Virus record (IMG/VR): IMGVR_UViG_3300020477_000119
Location: 1-25,005 of that record
DNA: 25,005 nt
Strand: one strand, 5' to 3'
DNA from: a virus
Taxonomy: Duplodnaviria > Caudoviricetes
Made by a program: the position numbers and the translations under genes. Below, in pieces: positions 1-8,886 of the stretch; positions within the stretch are counted from its first letter, which is position 1, and the number at the start of each line of letters is the position of its first letter. Under the pieces are notes generated by a model. The model was not told where the DNA came from, made no database searches, and saw nothing but the letters and a program-made list of their open reading frames with translations.

Positions 1-231
1 AGACTTCATTGTAATCTTGGCATGTTCTTTGTGTAAGCTTTCTACTTCCCTGATAGAAGCATCGATCTCCATAAGCTGCATCTTTTGGTTGCCTAACTGT
101 AACTGATGCTGGAGTTGTTTATCCATCATCTCAAGCTCATGCTTCTGATCTCGCTTCTCTTCAAAGTATCCTAATACTTTAGGGATAATAGATGTGCCAA
201 AACCTAAGACACTTCCTAATAACGATAACAT
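1..231 (-). CDS. Putative holin-like membrane protein (3TM/GTA-holin-like N-terminus), truncated by the window edge
   Basis: Not in the ORF track; translated manually as MLSLLGSVLGFGTSIIPKVLGYFEEKRDQKHELEMMDKQLQHQLQLGNQKMQLMEIDASIREVESLHKEHAKITMKS..., with SD CAGGAG just upstream. The hydrophobic N-terminus plus DxKHEL coiled coil is typical of marine phage 3TM holin-like proteins. Confidence 0.6.
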   Translation of the reverse strand, partial: MLSLLGSVLGFGTSIIPKVLGYFEEKRDQKHELEMMDKQLQHQLQLGNQKMQLMEIDASIREVESLHKEHAKITMKS

Positions 232-249
232 TTTTTACTCCTGTTTAAG

Positions 250-278
250 TTGACAATTATAATTTGGTATGGTATTAT
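250..278 (+). promoter_or_regulatory. sigma70-type promoter, antisense to the late operon
   Basis: TTGACA (250-255), 17-bp spacer, extended -10 TG (270-271), TATTAT (273-278); followed by SD AAAGGGGG (293-300) and ATG at 305. Confidence 0.8.
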
Positions 279-304
279 ATAGTATATACTTTAAAGGGGG
301 TACT

Positions 305-514
305 ATGGTTAATTATATTTTTAATATTTGTGAAGAAGGTTTGTATAGTTTTTCAAATTTACTTGGAATATCATACGAAACTCTTAATGTTATTATTTTA
401 TTTCTTTTAATTATTCATACAATTGTTACTTATTATTATGTAATTTTTCTATATCGTCAGTTGTTAAATCACCAGAAAGAAGTAAAGCAACAAGTGGGCC
501 TTCATCTTCCTTAA
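305..514 (+). CDS. Small membrane protein, 69 aa (moron-like; possible immunity or superinfection-exclusion protein)
   Basis: The ORF track gives 269..514, but ATG 269 lies inside the promoter while ATG 305 has an SD. Hydrophobic stretch LNVIILFLLIIHTIVTYYYVIFLY. GC is 23/120 over 301-420. The 3' end overlaps the opposite gene by 89 bp. Confidence 0.7.
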   Translation: MVNYIFNICEEGLYSFSNLLGISYETLNVIILFLLIIHTIVTYYYVIFLYRQLLNHQKEVKQQVGLHLP

Positions 515-1664
515 TAGCAGCAGTAGGTAAATTAGAAAAAAAACTACGAATAGCAGATACAGCATCACTCATTGTAGTATTCTTACTATTAAAATTCCAT
601 CGTTCAGAAAGATATTTATTTCCTTTACCATCGGATTTAATATCAAATCTTCCAACAGTGTATGCTGCTCTAAGTATTGGATCGTTAAACATATCTTGAA
701 GTACTTCAATATTACTACTTAATGGATAATATTTTTTTCTTTCTTCTGCTAATTGTTTTCGTATTTCAGGAAAATATTTTATTTTTCCTTTGTTTGGTCC
801 AGAAGTATGTCGAACATAATCAAGTTTTTCAAAATCAAATTTAGTAGCATCACCAACTAAAGCTTTAACAGATAAACCATTTGCAAGAGGAGGGTAATCT
901 TCATAAATAGTGTGAGTCATACCTCTTTCTTCTGCTTTTTTATAAATCATATTAACAATTTTTCTAGCTCCTAAATCTATATCTCCATCTCCAAAAGTAA
1001 TATTACGAGACATAGGTAAATTAGAGTACGCTAGTAACCTAGTTGGAGCAGGAGCAACAGAAAATTTATCATTATCTGTTAAAGGTTTAGATACTTCTTT
1101 TGTTATTTTTTTTGGATCAGAAAAAGTATTTTTTGTAGACGGTAAAGCAGCTTGAGCTTCACCAGCTTGTGCTGATCTTATAGGATTAATTGTAGACAGT
1201 AAAGAACTTTCTTCAGGTTCAGTAGATTGTGGATCAGACTGCAAAGCAGCCCATGTATTTTTACCAACTATACCATCAACAACAAGACCTTGTGATTTTT
1301 GGTAAGCTTTAACCGCTGCTTCAGTCTTAGGACCAAAGATACCTCTGTCTTCTCCGACATCCATACCTAACGCATCTTGTAGCTTACCTATACTTTCTGT
1401 GTCTTTAGAACCTCTTTGTAAAACTGGGGATTGGTTTAAGGTATCAGCTCCTTCTGTACCTATTACTGTATCTGTTCCCTCTGTCCCTACTATTGTATCA
1501 GAAGAATTAAAAGAAGCGACATCAAGTTCAAAAGTAGAACTTGCTACATATTCTGTAATTTCTTCATCAGAAATTCCTTTAGGAACTTCAATAGCAAATG
1601 TCCCTAGTTCTGGATGAGTTACTTCAACTTCTTCTATACCTTGGGGAGTATTTAGTTCAGTCAT
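426..1664 (-). CDS. Multidomain protein: acidic N-terminal domain, RTX-like repeats, peptidoglycan-binding domain (PG_binding_1-like, aa ~81-141) and unknown C-terminal domain; probably virion/ejection-associated
   Basis: LQRGS...LQDALG...GIFGPKTEAAVKAYQKSQGLVVDGIVGKNTWAAL matches the classic PG-binding three-helix motif. The start overlaps the end of the upstream internal-protein gene. Confidence 0.75.
   Translation of the reverse strand: MTELNTPQGIEEVEVTHPELGTFAIEVPKGISDEEITEYVASSTFELDVASFNSSDTIVGTEGTDTVIGTEGADTLNQSPVLQRGSKDTESIGKLQDALGMDVGEDRGIFGPKTEAAVKAYQKSQGLVVDGIVGKNTWAALQSDPQSTEPEESSLLSTINPIRSAQAGEAQAALPSTKNTFSDPKKITKEVSKPLTDNDKFSVAPAPTRLLAYSNLPMSRNITFGDGDIDLGARKIVNMIYKKAEERGMTHTIYEDYPPLANGLSVKALVGDATKFDFEKLDYVRHTSGPNKGKIKYFPEIRKQLAEERKKYYPLSSNIEVLQDMFNDPILRAAYTVGRFDIKSDGKGNKYLSERWNFNSKNTTMSDAVSAIRSFFSNLPTAAIKEDEGPLVALLLSGDLTTDDIEKLHNNK
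1437..1499 (-). repeat. Tandem 27-bp (9-aa) RTX/hemolysin-type-like repeat DTIVGTEGT-DTVIGTEGA-DTL
   Basis: About 2.3 copies of a nonapeptide at aa 56-76 of the 412-aa protein. Confidence 0.7.
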
Positions 1665-3558
1665 TCTGTACCTTTCTTTTTACTTTAAATCCCATCTTCT
1701 GTAAGAATTTTGTTTGATCTTTTAATGTCCTAGGAGATTGATAAGGTTTAACTCTTTGAGTTATTGCTAATATTTCTTTAAGTTTATTTCGTAAATAATT
1801 TTTACGAAATTGTAATGCAGTCATAGTTTTACTTTCTTCTGTAAACCCATGAAACTTTACCATAGAATCAAAAAAAGAATCTATTGCTTTTATTCGATTT
1901 GGATCTACGTCACTAGAAGGTAAATTAATTTTAAGTTTCCCCTCATTATCTATAGTATACAAACCATTTTTTATATCTTGATCGAATTCTGTCCTTCGTA
2001 TTGAAGATATACCTTCAAATAACTCCATCAATTGCTGATCGCCTGATCTTATAGATTCATTTAAAAATATACGAACAGCTTTTTTCTGCACAGAAGGCTC
2101 CATTTTTTTTATAAATTCCATAGCTCCAGGGCTGCTCATATTTTTTATAAATTCTTTTCTATTTTCTGGATCTGTGAATGTTTCACTAGTTATTATTTGT
2201 GCAGCAGTGTTTACAACTTTTGCTGCGTCATCGGAACTAATTTTTTTAGCTTTATCTACAGATATATTTTTACATAAGTTATTAGTTATTAAACCAGTAC
2301 ATTTTTTTACTTCTACAGGTGATTGATCATCCATACCATTTAAAAGATTTTCAAAAGATTTAATAGTTGCATCATCTGTAGCTGATAAATCTGTACCTTT
2401 TCCTGTAGCAGCCATTATATTTTTTAATTGAGAATTAAAACCCTCTATATTTTCAAGTAGTAACGATTTTACACTATCATGCATTGGGGTTTGCCCTAAC
2501 ATCATAATCATTCTTCCTAATTTAGATCCCATAAATCTTGCTTCAGCTACAAGTTTAGTGACATCTGTATAAGTTTTTATAACTGCATCATTTTGTAAAT
2601 CTTTTTCAGATAACCCTAGTTTACCTTTGAGTGCGTTCCAAGTAGATAAAGCAGGACCAGTTACAAATGCTCGTTCTTTAACAGATAAAGGTTGAAAACT
2701 TTTACCACCTTTTAAAAGAGCATATGCTTCCAAGTTAATATTTGCAATAGCATTTCCTAATTTTTCTTTAGCTTGTGCTATTTCTTTGTTATTTCTTGAA
2801 TTAGAAATTGTATATAATAAATTATGTAATTGTAAACTATATTTTCTTTCTAATATTTCTTGTGCCTTAGTAAATTCATGTATTTTATGTGCTCTAAAAA
2901 CACCACTACTAGGCTCAGAACCAGATGATACACTATTACCTACTACTGCTATCCCCCCATCCATAACACGTAAAGCTTGGTAAGCTTTAACTGTTTTGTC
3001 TTTATCTAACTGACGAGTTACTGGATTTATAAATTGTATTCCAGCCTTTAAAGCGTCGTCTAAATCCTTTGCTTTTTTAGTAGTTGCAGCTTTTAATGCG
3101 GCATCTTCCCTTGCAACTCTTTCAGTTTCTACTTTCCTAAGTGGATGTGCTGTACCAAATTTTCCTTCTAAAACTGCATCAATTGCTTTTCTTGCTAATC
3201 TACCTTTATACTTTTGTCTTAACTGTTCTCTTGCAGCAGCATAACTTAAATTGCGTAATGCTTGATTACTAAGTTTATTAGTTACGTTTAATCTTTTAGC
3301 TACTTCACTATAGTCTGTTGTTTCTGTAAAACTTTGCATTAAACTAGTTATAGTTTTTTCAGCTTCGTCTTCAGCCGCATCTCTATTAGCTTCATTAGAT
3401 AAAGTTAATGATTGGTTTAACGACTCAACTGTATGTGCTATCGTAGCTGCTACTGAAGTATCTACCTTTGTATTTTCTGCTTTTGGGATAGATTTAGAGA
3501 AAGATGTATCCACTTCCCCTACAGGTTTAACTCCAAATACTGTTGTATAATCTGCCAT
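1657..3558 (-). CDS. Putative internal virion (ejection) protein, 633 aa
   Basis: Lies after the tail tube genes and the large internal protein; helical, Lys/Ala-rich composition; SD AAGGA. No catalytic motif recognised. Confidence 0.6.
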   Translation of the reverse strand: MADYTTVFGVKPVGEVDTSFSKSIPKAENTKVDTSVAATIAHTVESLNQSLTLSNEANRDAAEDEAEKTITSLMQSFTETTDYSEVAKRLNVTNKLSNQALRNLSYAAAREQLRQKYKGRLARKAIDAVLEGKFGTAHPLRKVETERVAREDAALKAATTKKAKDLDDALKAGIQFINPVTRQLDKDKTVKAYQALRVMDGGIAVVGNSVSSGSEPSSGVFRAHKIHEFTKAQEILERKYSLQLHNLLYTISNSRNNKEIAQAKEKLGNAIANINLEAYALLKGGKSFQPLSVKERAFVTGPALSTWNALKGKLGLSEKDLQNDAVIKTYTDVTKLVAEARFMGSKLGRMIMMLGQTPMHDSVKSLLLENIEGFNSQLKNIMAATGKGTDLSATDDATIKSFENLLNGMDDQSPVEVKKCTGLITNNLCKNISVDKAKKISSDDAAKVVNTAAQIITSETFTDPENRKEFIKNMSSPGAMEFIKKMEPSVQKKAVRIFLNESIRSGDQQLMELFEGISSIRRTEFDQDIKNGLYTIDNEGKLKINLPSSDVDPNRIKAIDSFFDSMVKFHGFTEESKTMTALQFRKNYLRNKLKEILAITQRVKPYQSPRTLKDQTKFLQKMGFKVKRKVQND

Positions 3559-3569
3559 TGTTTTATCCT

Positions 3570-6500
3570 TTAATTATCTATCTTTCTAACATATCCAAAT
3601 TTTTTAAAATACTTATATCGAATTGTAATAGGTTTCCCACCTGTTGCTTTATTTTCTATTTGAGTATTAATATCTTTTCTTTCCTCTTCATCTAAAGAAC
3701 CTATCATAAATTTACGTAAATCTAAATATTTTTTCCATCCTTCAGGGGTATTTACTTTTAAAGATTCTGAAAAATTTTTAGCTAAAACATTAACAACAGT
3801 TTTTTTGTATGCACTTTCTCCTAATACAGCTTGTTCCATAGCCCTTAAATCCGATTCATTACTTGGGTCAAGACCAAGCCAACCTAAAATTGCTTCAGTA
3901 GTTGTAGTATCTCTATCAACAACTCTTCCTTGTTTATCAAATGTTTGTTTATACCTTAAAGCTAAGTAAGCTTTTGCATGAGCATCAACCCCAGAAAAAG
4001 CATCCCTTAAATGGTATGCAAATACTTCTCCTGCTGCTAGAAATTGTTCTCTAGTTAAAAAATAATCACTAGCAGGATTAAAAATTCTTATTATATCTGT
4101 TAATCCTGATAATTTTCTAATTGCTGTAAATCCAGCAGCATCTATCTTATTTAATTCATCCCAATTTCCTTCAAAAGCATTCCATACAACTCCTGCCCAA
4201 CCCCCTTCTGACAATCCTAGCCCTGCTCTATGGGAAAAATTAATATCATCACCAACCGCAAGAGATAATAAAGATTCTATCCCTCCCCCTTCTATTAGAT
4301 CTAATAATTCTTCTGGAGGTTTTTCTTCATACCTTTCTTCATACAGTTCTGCAAATGTATCTCTAAACCTCATTCCATACTTTGGACCAAAAGCACCACC
4401 CACTCCATACATCCCTAATTGTGCTATAATCATACGAAATTTTTGTCCACCAGTAAAATTTTTACTTCCACCAAGAAAACCTGGAAGCATCATTTCTAAT
4501 GCTCTTGATTGATATGACCAAAATTGAGTAGGTATAGACATAAACCCTCTTTGCCAAGATGATCTATCTACACGATTCATATTAGCTAAGTACAATTCTG
4601 ATTGAGATCTAATAATATCTATAGCTTCTTCAGTAATTTTTTTACCAGGGTTAGCTTTTTTCCAATCTAACGTAGATGCAATAGTTGATGCAATTTTATT
4701 TAATCTTTCTGATTCTATGAAAGGAGTTTTACCAAAATCTAAAACTTTTTGTGCTACAGTAGAAGCACTAAATAGTTTTTCTTCTTGTTCGAGTAAACTT
4801 CCTGATAGTAAACGCCATGATCCTGATTTTTGAAGGACATCATATATCTCTTTTATTTCATCTGGTTTTACACCTACAATTCTACCTATAGTTTTAGTCA
4901 TATTTCCTAATGTTTTAGGATTTTCAGACATTAACATAAATCTCATAGGCCACATTATAGCTGCCGCTTTAGGACCATTATCTAGATTAGCACTCATCAT
5001 AAGTAAAGTTGCTTGTAATTGAATAGCAAATTGTTTAGGGTTATACAACCCTAAATTACCATGAAATGCTAAAGATCTCACCATTTTAACTGGGTCAGCA
5101 TTTTTTAAATTATCTATTGTTTCATATCTAGCAGGAAACCCTATTTTTTTAGATACCGAATTAAAAACATCTGCTAAATTATGTATAAACTTTTCTTTTA
5201 AAACTTCTTCGGCTTTTGTTGGAGTATTTAAAATAGCTCGATAATGTTGTATCATAGCTTCAGCTTTTCTTTTAAGTTTTGCATCTTCTTTATTTAACTT
5301 TTCTCTAAATTTTAAATTAAAAAAATGTTGGTGTGGTGTTTTATTTTGGGCATCATCTAAAATTCCATTAAAAGTTTTATAAAATTTTTCTATATGTCGA
5401 GCTTTCCATTTATCTAATGTAACCAGATGCAAAGATCTGCTTAAAGAATTAACGGCTGTTTCAAAAGGATTAATAACTGGGGCAGGATTACCATCAAAAC
5501 CAAATAATCTATCCCCTCTTTTTGATCTATGGTCACCAAACCTATTTCTATTTATCATTCTTTGTATAGAGTTAGCTTCTTTAATATCATTAAGGTGAGC
5601 TTTTACACCTTCTCCTACTTTTTTAGCAACTGAAGAAAGTTCTTGCCCATCGGTAACTACTTCAAAAGGCATATTTAAATTTTTAACACCAACATATTCC
5701 ACATATCTTTCTACATCATAAAGACCTCCAGTAGCTTCTAGCATTTTTTCATTTAAATTAGTAGTGGCTACTACTTTACCATTAGGATCTATACTTTGTA
5801 ATGCTATTATTCTACCATCTTCCATTCTAGTTGCCCATTCAATAGCTTCTTCTTCACGCCCTACCCCATGTGTTCTAGATTTTAAAAGAATATTAGCACC
5901 CCCTGCCGTAGTTCTTAATCTACCTTGTTTAACAAAATGTGTACCAGCATATTCTATTCTTCCACCTGCTACATAAGGGACTTGATTAAATGTTAATGGT
6001 TTAACTGTTATATCATCAGATCTTCCTATAATATATTGAAAAGGAGCTAACTTTTCTGTATCTACTGTTCCTTCAAAAGAAGCAAAAATATACCCTTCTT
6101 TTTTTAATTTTTCTAATTGTTTTGTAGAAGTAATATCTACATATTTATTTGTAGATACATTATAAATAGTTTTATTAATTGGATTTTCGATTTCATCTAT
6201 AATTTTAGCATCAAAATTTTTATCTATCCCTTTATCAATAGCTGCTTTATTTTTAATTTCAAGTGTTTTATAACCACTTCTTTGTTTCCTTGAATACTCT
6301 GCACTATTAAGAATTATATGGTTAGTATCTTCCATTCTTCTAATAGCATGATATGCGAGTACTTGTTTATCTGTTAAATTAAATCTATATTTTAATTCAG
6401 AAGGACTAAACCATTTTTCAAAAGTTCTACCATACTCTAGTACTTCACCTAAAACAGCAGTTTCTTTTACGTTAAGAGCATTAATTACTTTAATAAGTTT

Positions 6501-8390
6501 TCTACCAAGATGAGTTACATTTTCTTGTATCCCTAATACTTTATGTCCTGCAAGTCTAGAAGAAGTATCAATATAATTAGTAGGAGAACCTAAAAGTATT
6601 CTTGCTCCATTAGAAGTTTGAATATCTTTATAAGGGACTATAAAACCTGATGGATTTTTATCAAATATATCAACAGCTTTTTTTAATTTTATGAAATGTG
6701 TATTATTTTCTTCTATAGTAGTTACTGTAGCACCATCTAATTTTAAAAGTTTGATATGTTTCTTTGCTGTTTTTACATCTTTAAATCCTTCTCCTACTTC
6801 ATTACCATAATACATAATATAGTTAATTCCATCCATTCCTTCCTTAATATCATCATCAACATACCTTAAAATATCTACATGTTGCATCCCAGTTTCAGTC
6901 ATTTCTTCTATTACTCTAACACGCATTAAATCTTTTAATTCTTCAACATCATCAAAAACTTTAACTTGGTCAATTGATGCTAAATCTTCTGCAATTTTTT
7001 CTATTCTTTGAAGTTTTGTTTCTAATCTTCCAGAGATACCTACAGTATCCCCGATACTTCCTAAAGGATTTAAAGATGTTGTACCAGTTAACTCAGCCGC
7101 TTCATGAGCTATATCTGTATCTTTAGCTTGTTCTCCTTTTCGTATAGCTTCTCCAGTAGCTACTACTTGATCTACAGCAGAAGATCTATTTCCAGCGTGT
7201 ACACCAGCAATTGTAATTTTTCCTTCAATTAAATTATTAGCTATATTCCTAGCAGTTTCATTAGCTTTAAGTTCAGTAGAAGTTACTGTAGTTGTAGTTG
7301 TTTTAGGTTTACCATTAACTGTAGTTTCTTGTGTAACTTTAATTGTATGTCCTTCTTCCCCTAATTTTTTTAAATCTTTAATAGCTTTTCTTGCACTTAA
7401 AATTTTTCTTGATGCTAAAACTCCTTTAATAGCACCAGGAAGAATAGGTAAAAGCATATCTACACCATGTAAAGCATTTTCTGAAATTCTATCCCAGTAC
7501 CCAAAATCCATAAGATAAGAAAAATAAGTTAGAGCCAATAAATTATTAGCTTGACCTTCTGAATCTGCTTTAATTTTTTCTAATGAAAAAGTATCAAAAC
7601 TAAATTTATTTTGACCACTAAAAAAATCATCTAATTCTTTAAGAGCTTGGGCTTTGTCTTCTATAGACATAGCTTTAAATTTTAAAACTTGTGCTTCTAT
7701 ATCTTCCCCTGCCCAAAATGGATTATCTTTACCATCTCCTGTTTTAATTTTTTGAGAATAAGAATTCATAGTATAAAGGGGAACAGCCCCTAAAATTAAT
7801 TCTGGTATTGTATTCCAACCTAAACGATCCATATACTTTTTCATATATTTAGTAACTAATGTTTTTTCAGTTAAAATATCAGTAGTAATGTCAGTCCAAG
7901 AAAGTTTTTCAATAGGTTGATTAATTTCATTTGTTAATTGGATTTCTCTATCAGCATCTTTAGCTCCACTTTCTATAACTTCATTAGCAAATTCTTCTTG
8001 TATTATAAATAAATCTTTTTTAGGATCGTATTCATAATTATAATCAGTAATATCTTTAATTAATTGTGTATCCCCTTCTTCACTTGCTTGACTTACTAAC
8101 GCTTGAGATATTTCCAATTCTCTTTGTTTTTTTAAACTAAGTAATTCTTCTTCAATTCTAATCGTTTCATCTTGTAAAAGAGTATGATGAAAAAAATTAT
8201 ATGTGTCTTCTGTTTCTTCAGGAGATAAACCCTTTATTCTTTTTGCAGCAACAGCATAAATAGTTGCATCCCAATTAGCCCTGTTAAGTGACATTGGAGT
8301 ACTATCATTAGATAAATCAATACTATCTATTTCAAGAGGAGTATTCTTTTCACTTTCTGTAGTATCACTTAGTTTTATAAAATCTTCCAT
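3570..8390 (-). CDS. Large internal virion (ejection) protein, 1606 aa
   Basis: Size and position match podovirus gp15/gp16-like ejection proteins. The C-terminal part has segments such as LAFHGNLGLYNPKQFAIQ, IPTQFWSYQSR and hydrophobic Gly-rich stretches typical of these proteins. Confidence 0.7.
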   Translation of the reverse strand: MEDFIKLSDTTESEKNTPLEIDSIDLSNDSTPMSLNRANWDATIYAVAAKRIKGLSPEETEDTYNFFHHTLLQDETIRIEEELLSLKKQRELEISQALVSQASEEGDTQLIKDITDYNYEYDPKKDLFIIQEEFANEVIESGAKDADREIQLTNEINQPIEKLSWTDITTDILTEKTLVTKYMKKYMDRLGWNTIPELILGAVPLYTMNSYSQKIKTGDGKDNPFWAGEDIEAQVLKFKAMSIEDKAQALKELDDFFSGQNKFSFDTFSLEKIKADSEGQANNLLALTYFSYLMDFGYWDRISENALHGVDMLLPILPGAIKGVLASRKILSARKAIKDLKKLGEEGHTIKVTQETTVNGKPKTTTTTVTSTELKANETARNIANNLIEGKITIAGVHAGNRSSAVDQVVATGEAIRKGEQAKDTDIAHEAAELTGTTSLNPLGSIGDTVGISGRLETKLQRIEKIAEDLASIDQVKVFDDVEELKDLMRVRVIEEMTETGMQHVDILRYVDDDIKEGMDGINYIMYYGNEVGEGFKDVKTAKKHIKLLKLDGATVTTIEENNTHFIKLKKAVDIFDKNPSGFIVPYKDIQTSNGARILLGSPTNYIDTSSRLAGHKVLGIQENVTHLGRKLIKVINALNVKETAVLGEVLEYGRTFEKWFSPSELKYRFNLTDKQVLAYHAIRRMEDTNHIILNSAEYSRKQRSGYKTLEIKNKAAIDKGIDKNFDAKIIDEIENPINKTIYNVSTNKYVDITSTKQLEKLKKEGYIFASFEGTVDTEKLAPFQYIIGRSDDITVKPLTFNQVPYVAGGRIEYAGTHFVKQGRLRTTAGGANILLKSRTHGVGREEEAIEWATRMEDGRIIALQSIDPNGKVVATTNLNEKMLEATGGLYDVERYVEYVGVKNLNMPFEVVTDGQELSSVAKKVGEGVKAHLNDIKEANSIQRMINRNRFGDHRSKRGDRLFGFDGNPAPVINPFETAVNSLSRSLHLVTLDKWKARHIEKFYKTFNGILDDAQNKTPHQHFFNLKFREKLNKEDAKLKRKAEAMIQHYRAILNTPTKAEEVLKEKFIHNLADVFNSVSKKIGFPARYETIDNLKNADPVKMVRSLAFHGNLGLYNPKQFAIQLQATLLMMSANLDNGPKAAAIMWPMRFMLMSENPKTLGNMTKTIGRIVGVKPDEIKEIYDVLQKSGSWRLLSGSLLEQEEKLFSASTVAQKVLDFGKTPFIESERLNKIASTIASTLDWKKANPGKKITEEAIDIIRSQSELYLANMNRVDRSSWQRGFMSIPTQFWSYQSRALEMMLPGFLGGSKNFTGGQKFRMIIAQLGMYGVGGAFGPKYGMRFRDTFAELYEERYEEKPPEELLDLIEGGGIESLLSLAVGDDINFSHRAGLGLSEGGWAGVVWNAFEGNWDELNKIDAAGFTAIRKLSGLTDIIRIFNPASDYFLTREQFLAAGEVFAYHLRDAFSGVDAHAKAYLALRYKQTFDKQGRVVDRDTTTTEAILGWLGLDPSNESDLRAMEQAVLGESAYKKTVVNVLAKNFSESLKVNTPEGWKKYLDLRKFMIGSLDEEERKDINTQIENKATGGKPITIRYKYFKKFGYVRKIDN

Positions 8391-8401
8391 TATAAACTCT
8401 T

Positions 8402-8884
8402 TTAAAATCCTTTAAGAAAATCTGAATATGTTTCTCTATTATCAAAAATAGAACCTCCTATTTTTCTTGCACTTCCAAAAATAGCTGCTCTAGTTCCTGC
8501 GTCCCTAGCTCTAGAAGCAAATAAAGCTGCTCTATTATAAAATATATTTTGTTGTCCAGTTAAAGAAACAGCTTGATTTAAATATTGTAGTCCAGAACTT
8601 TGTTGTGATATGATAGAACCAAATGCACCTCTAACAGATCCTTGTGCTCCTTGAACAGTAGCAGCAGCAATTGTGGCTGCTCTTTTAATTCTTGCTTCAC
8701 GTATTAATTTAAATTTTTCTCTTCTTTCTTTTATAGCTTGTTTACGAAATTCAAGTTCTCTAACTTTATTTTCTTCTGCTGCTTGCCTATCTAATGCTTT
8801 TTGTTGATCTTTAGCAGCAAAATAACTCCCTGCAATTCCTATAATCCCAAGGCCAATTCCTATAATACCTAGTATACTACCCAT
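8402..8884 (-). CDS. Small internal virion protein (T7 gp14-like position and architecture)
   Basis: N-terminal Gly-rich hydrophobic helix (MGSILGIIGIGLGIIGIAGSYF), then a Q/A/R coiled coil (IREARIKRA); immediately follows tail tubular B. Confidence 0.7.
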   Translation of the reverse strand: MGSILGIIGIGLGIIGIAGSYFAAKDQQKALDRQAAEENKVRELEFRKQAIKERREKFKLIREARIKRAATIAAATVQGAQGSVRGAFGSIISQQSSGLQYLNQAVSLTGQQNIFYNRAALFASRARDAGTRAAIFGSARKIGGSIFDNRETYSDFLKGF

Positions 8885-8886
8885 AA

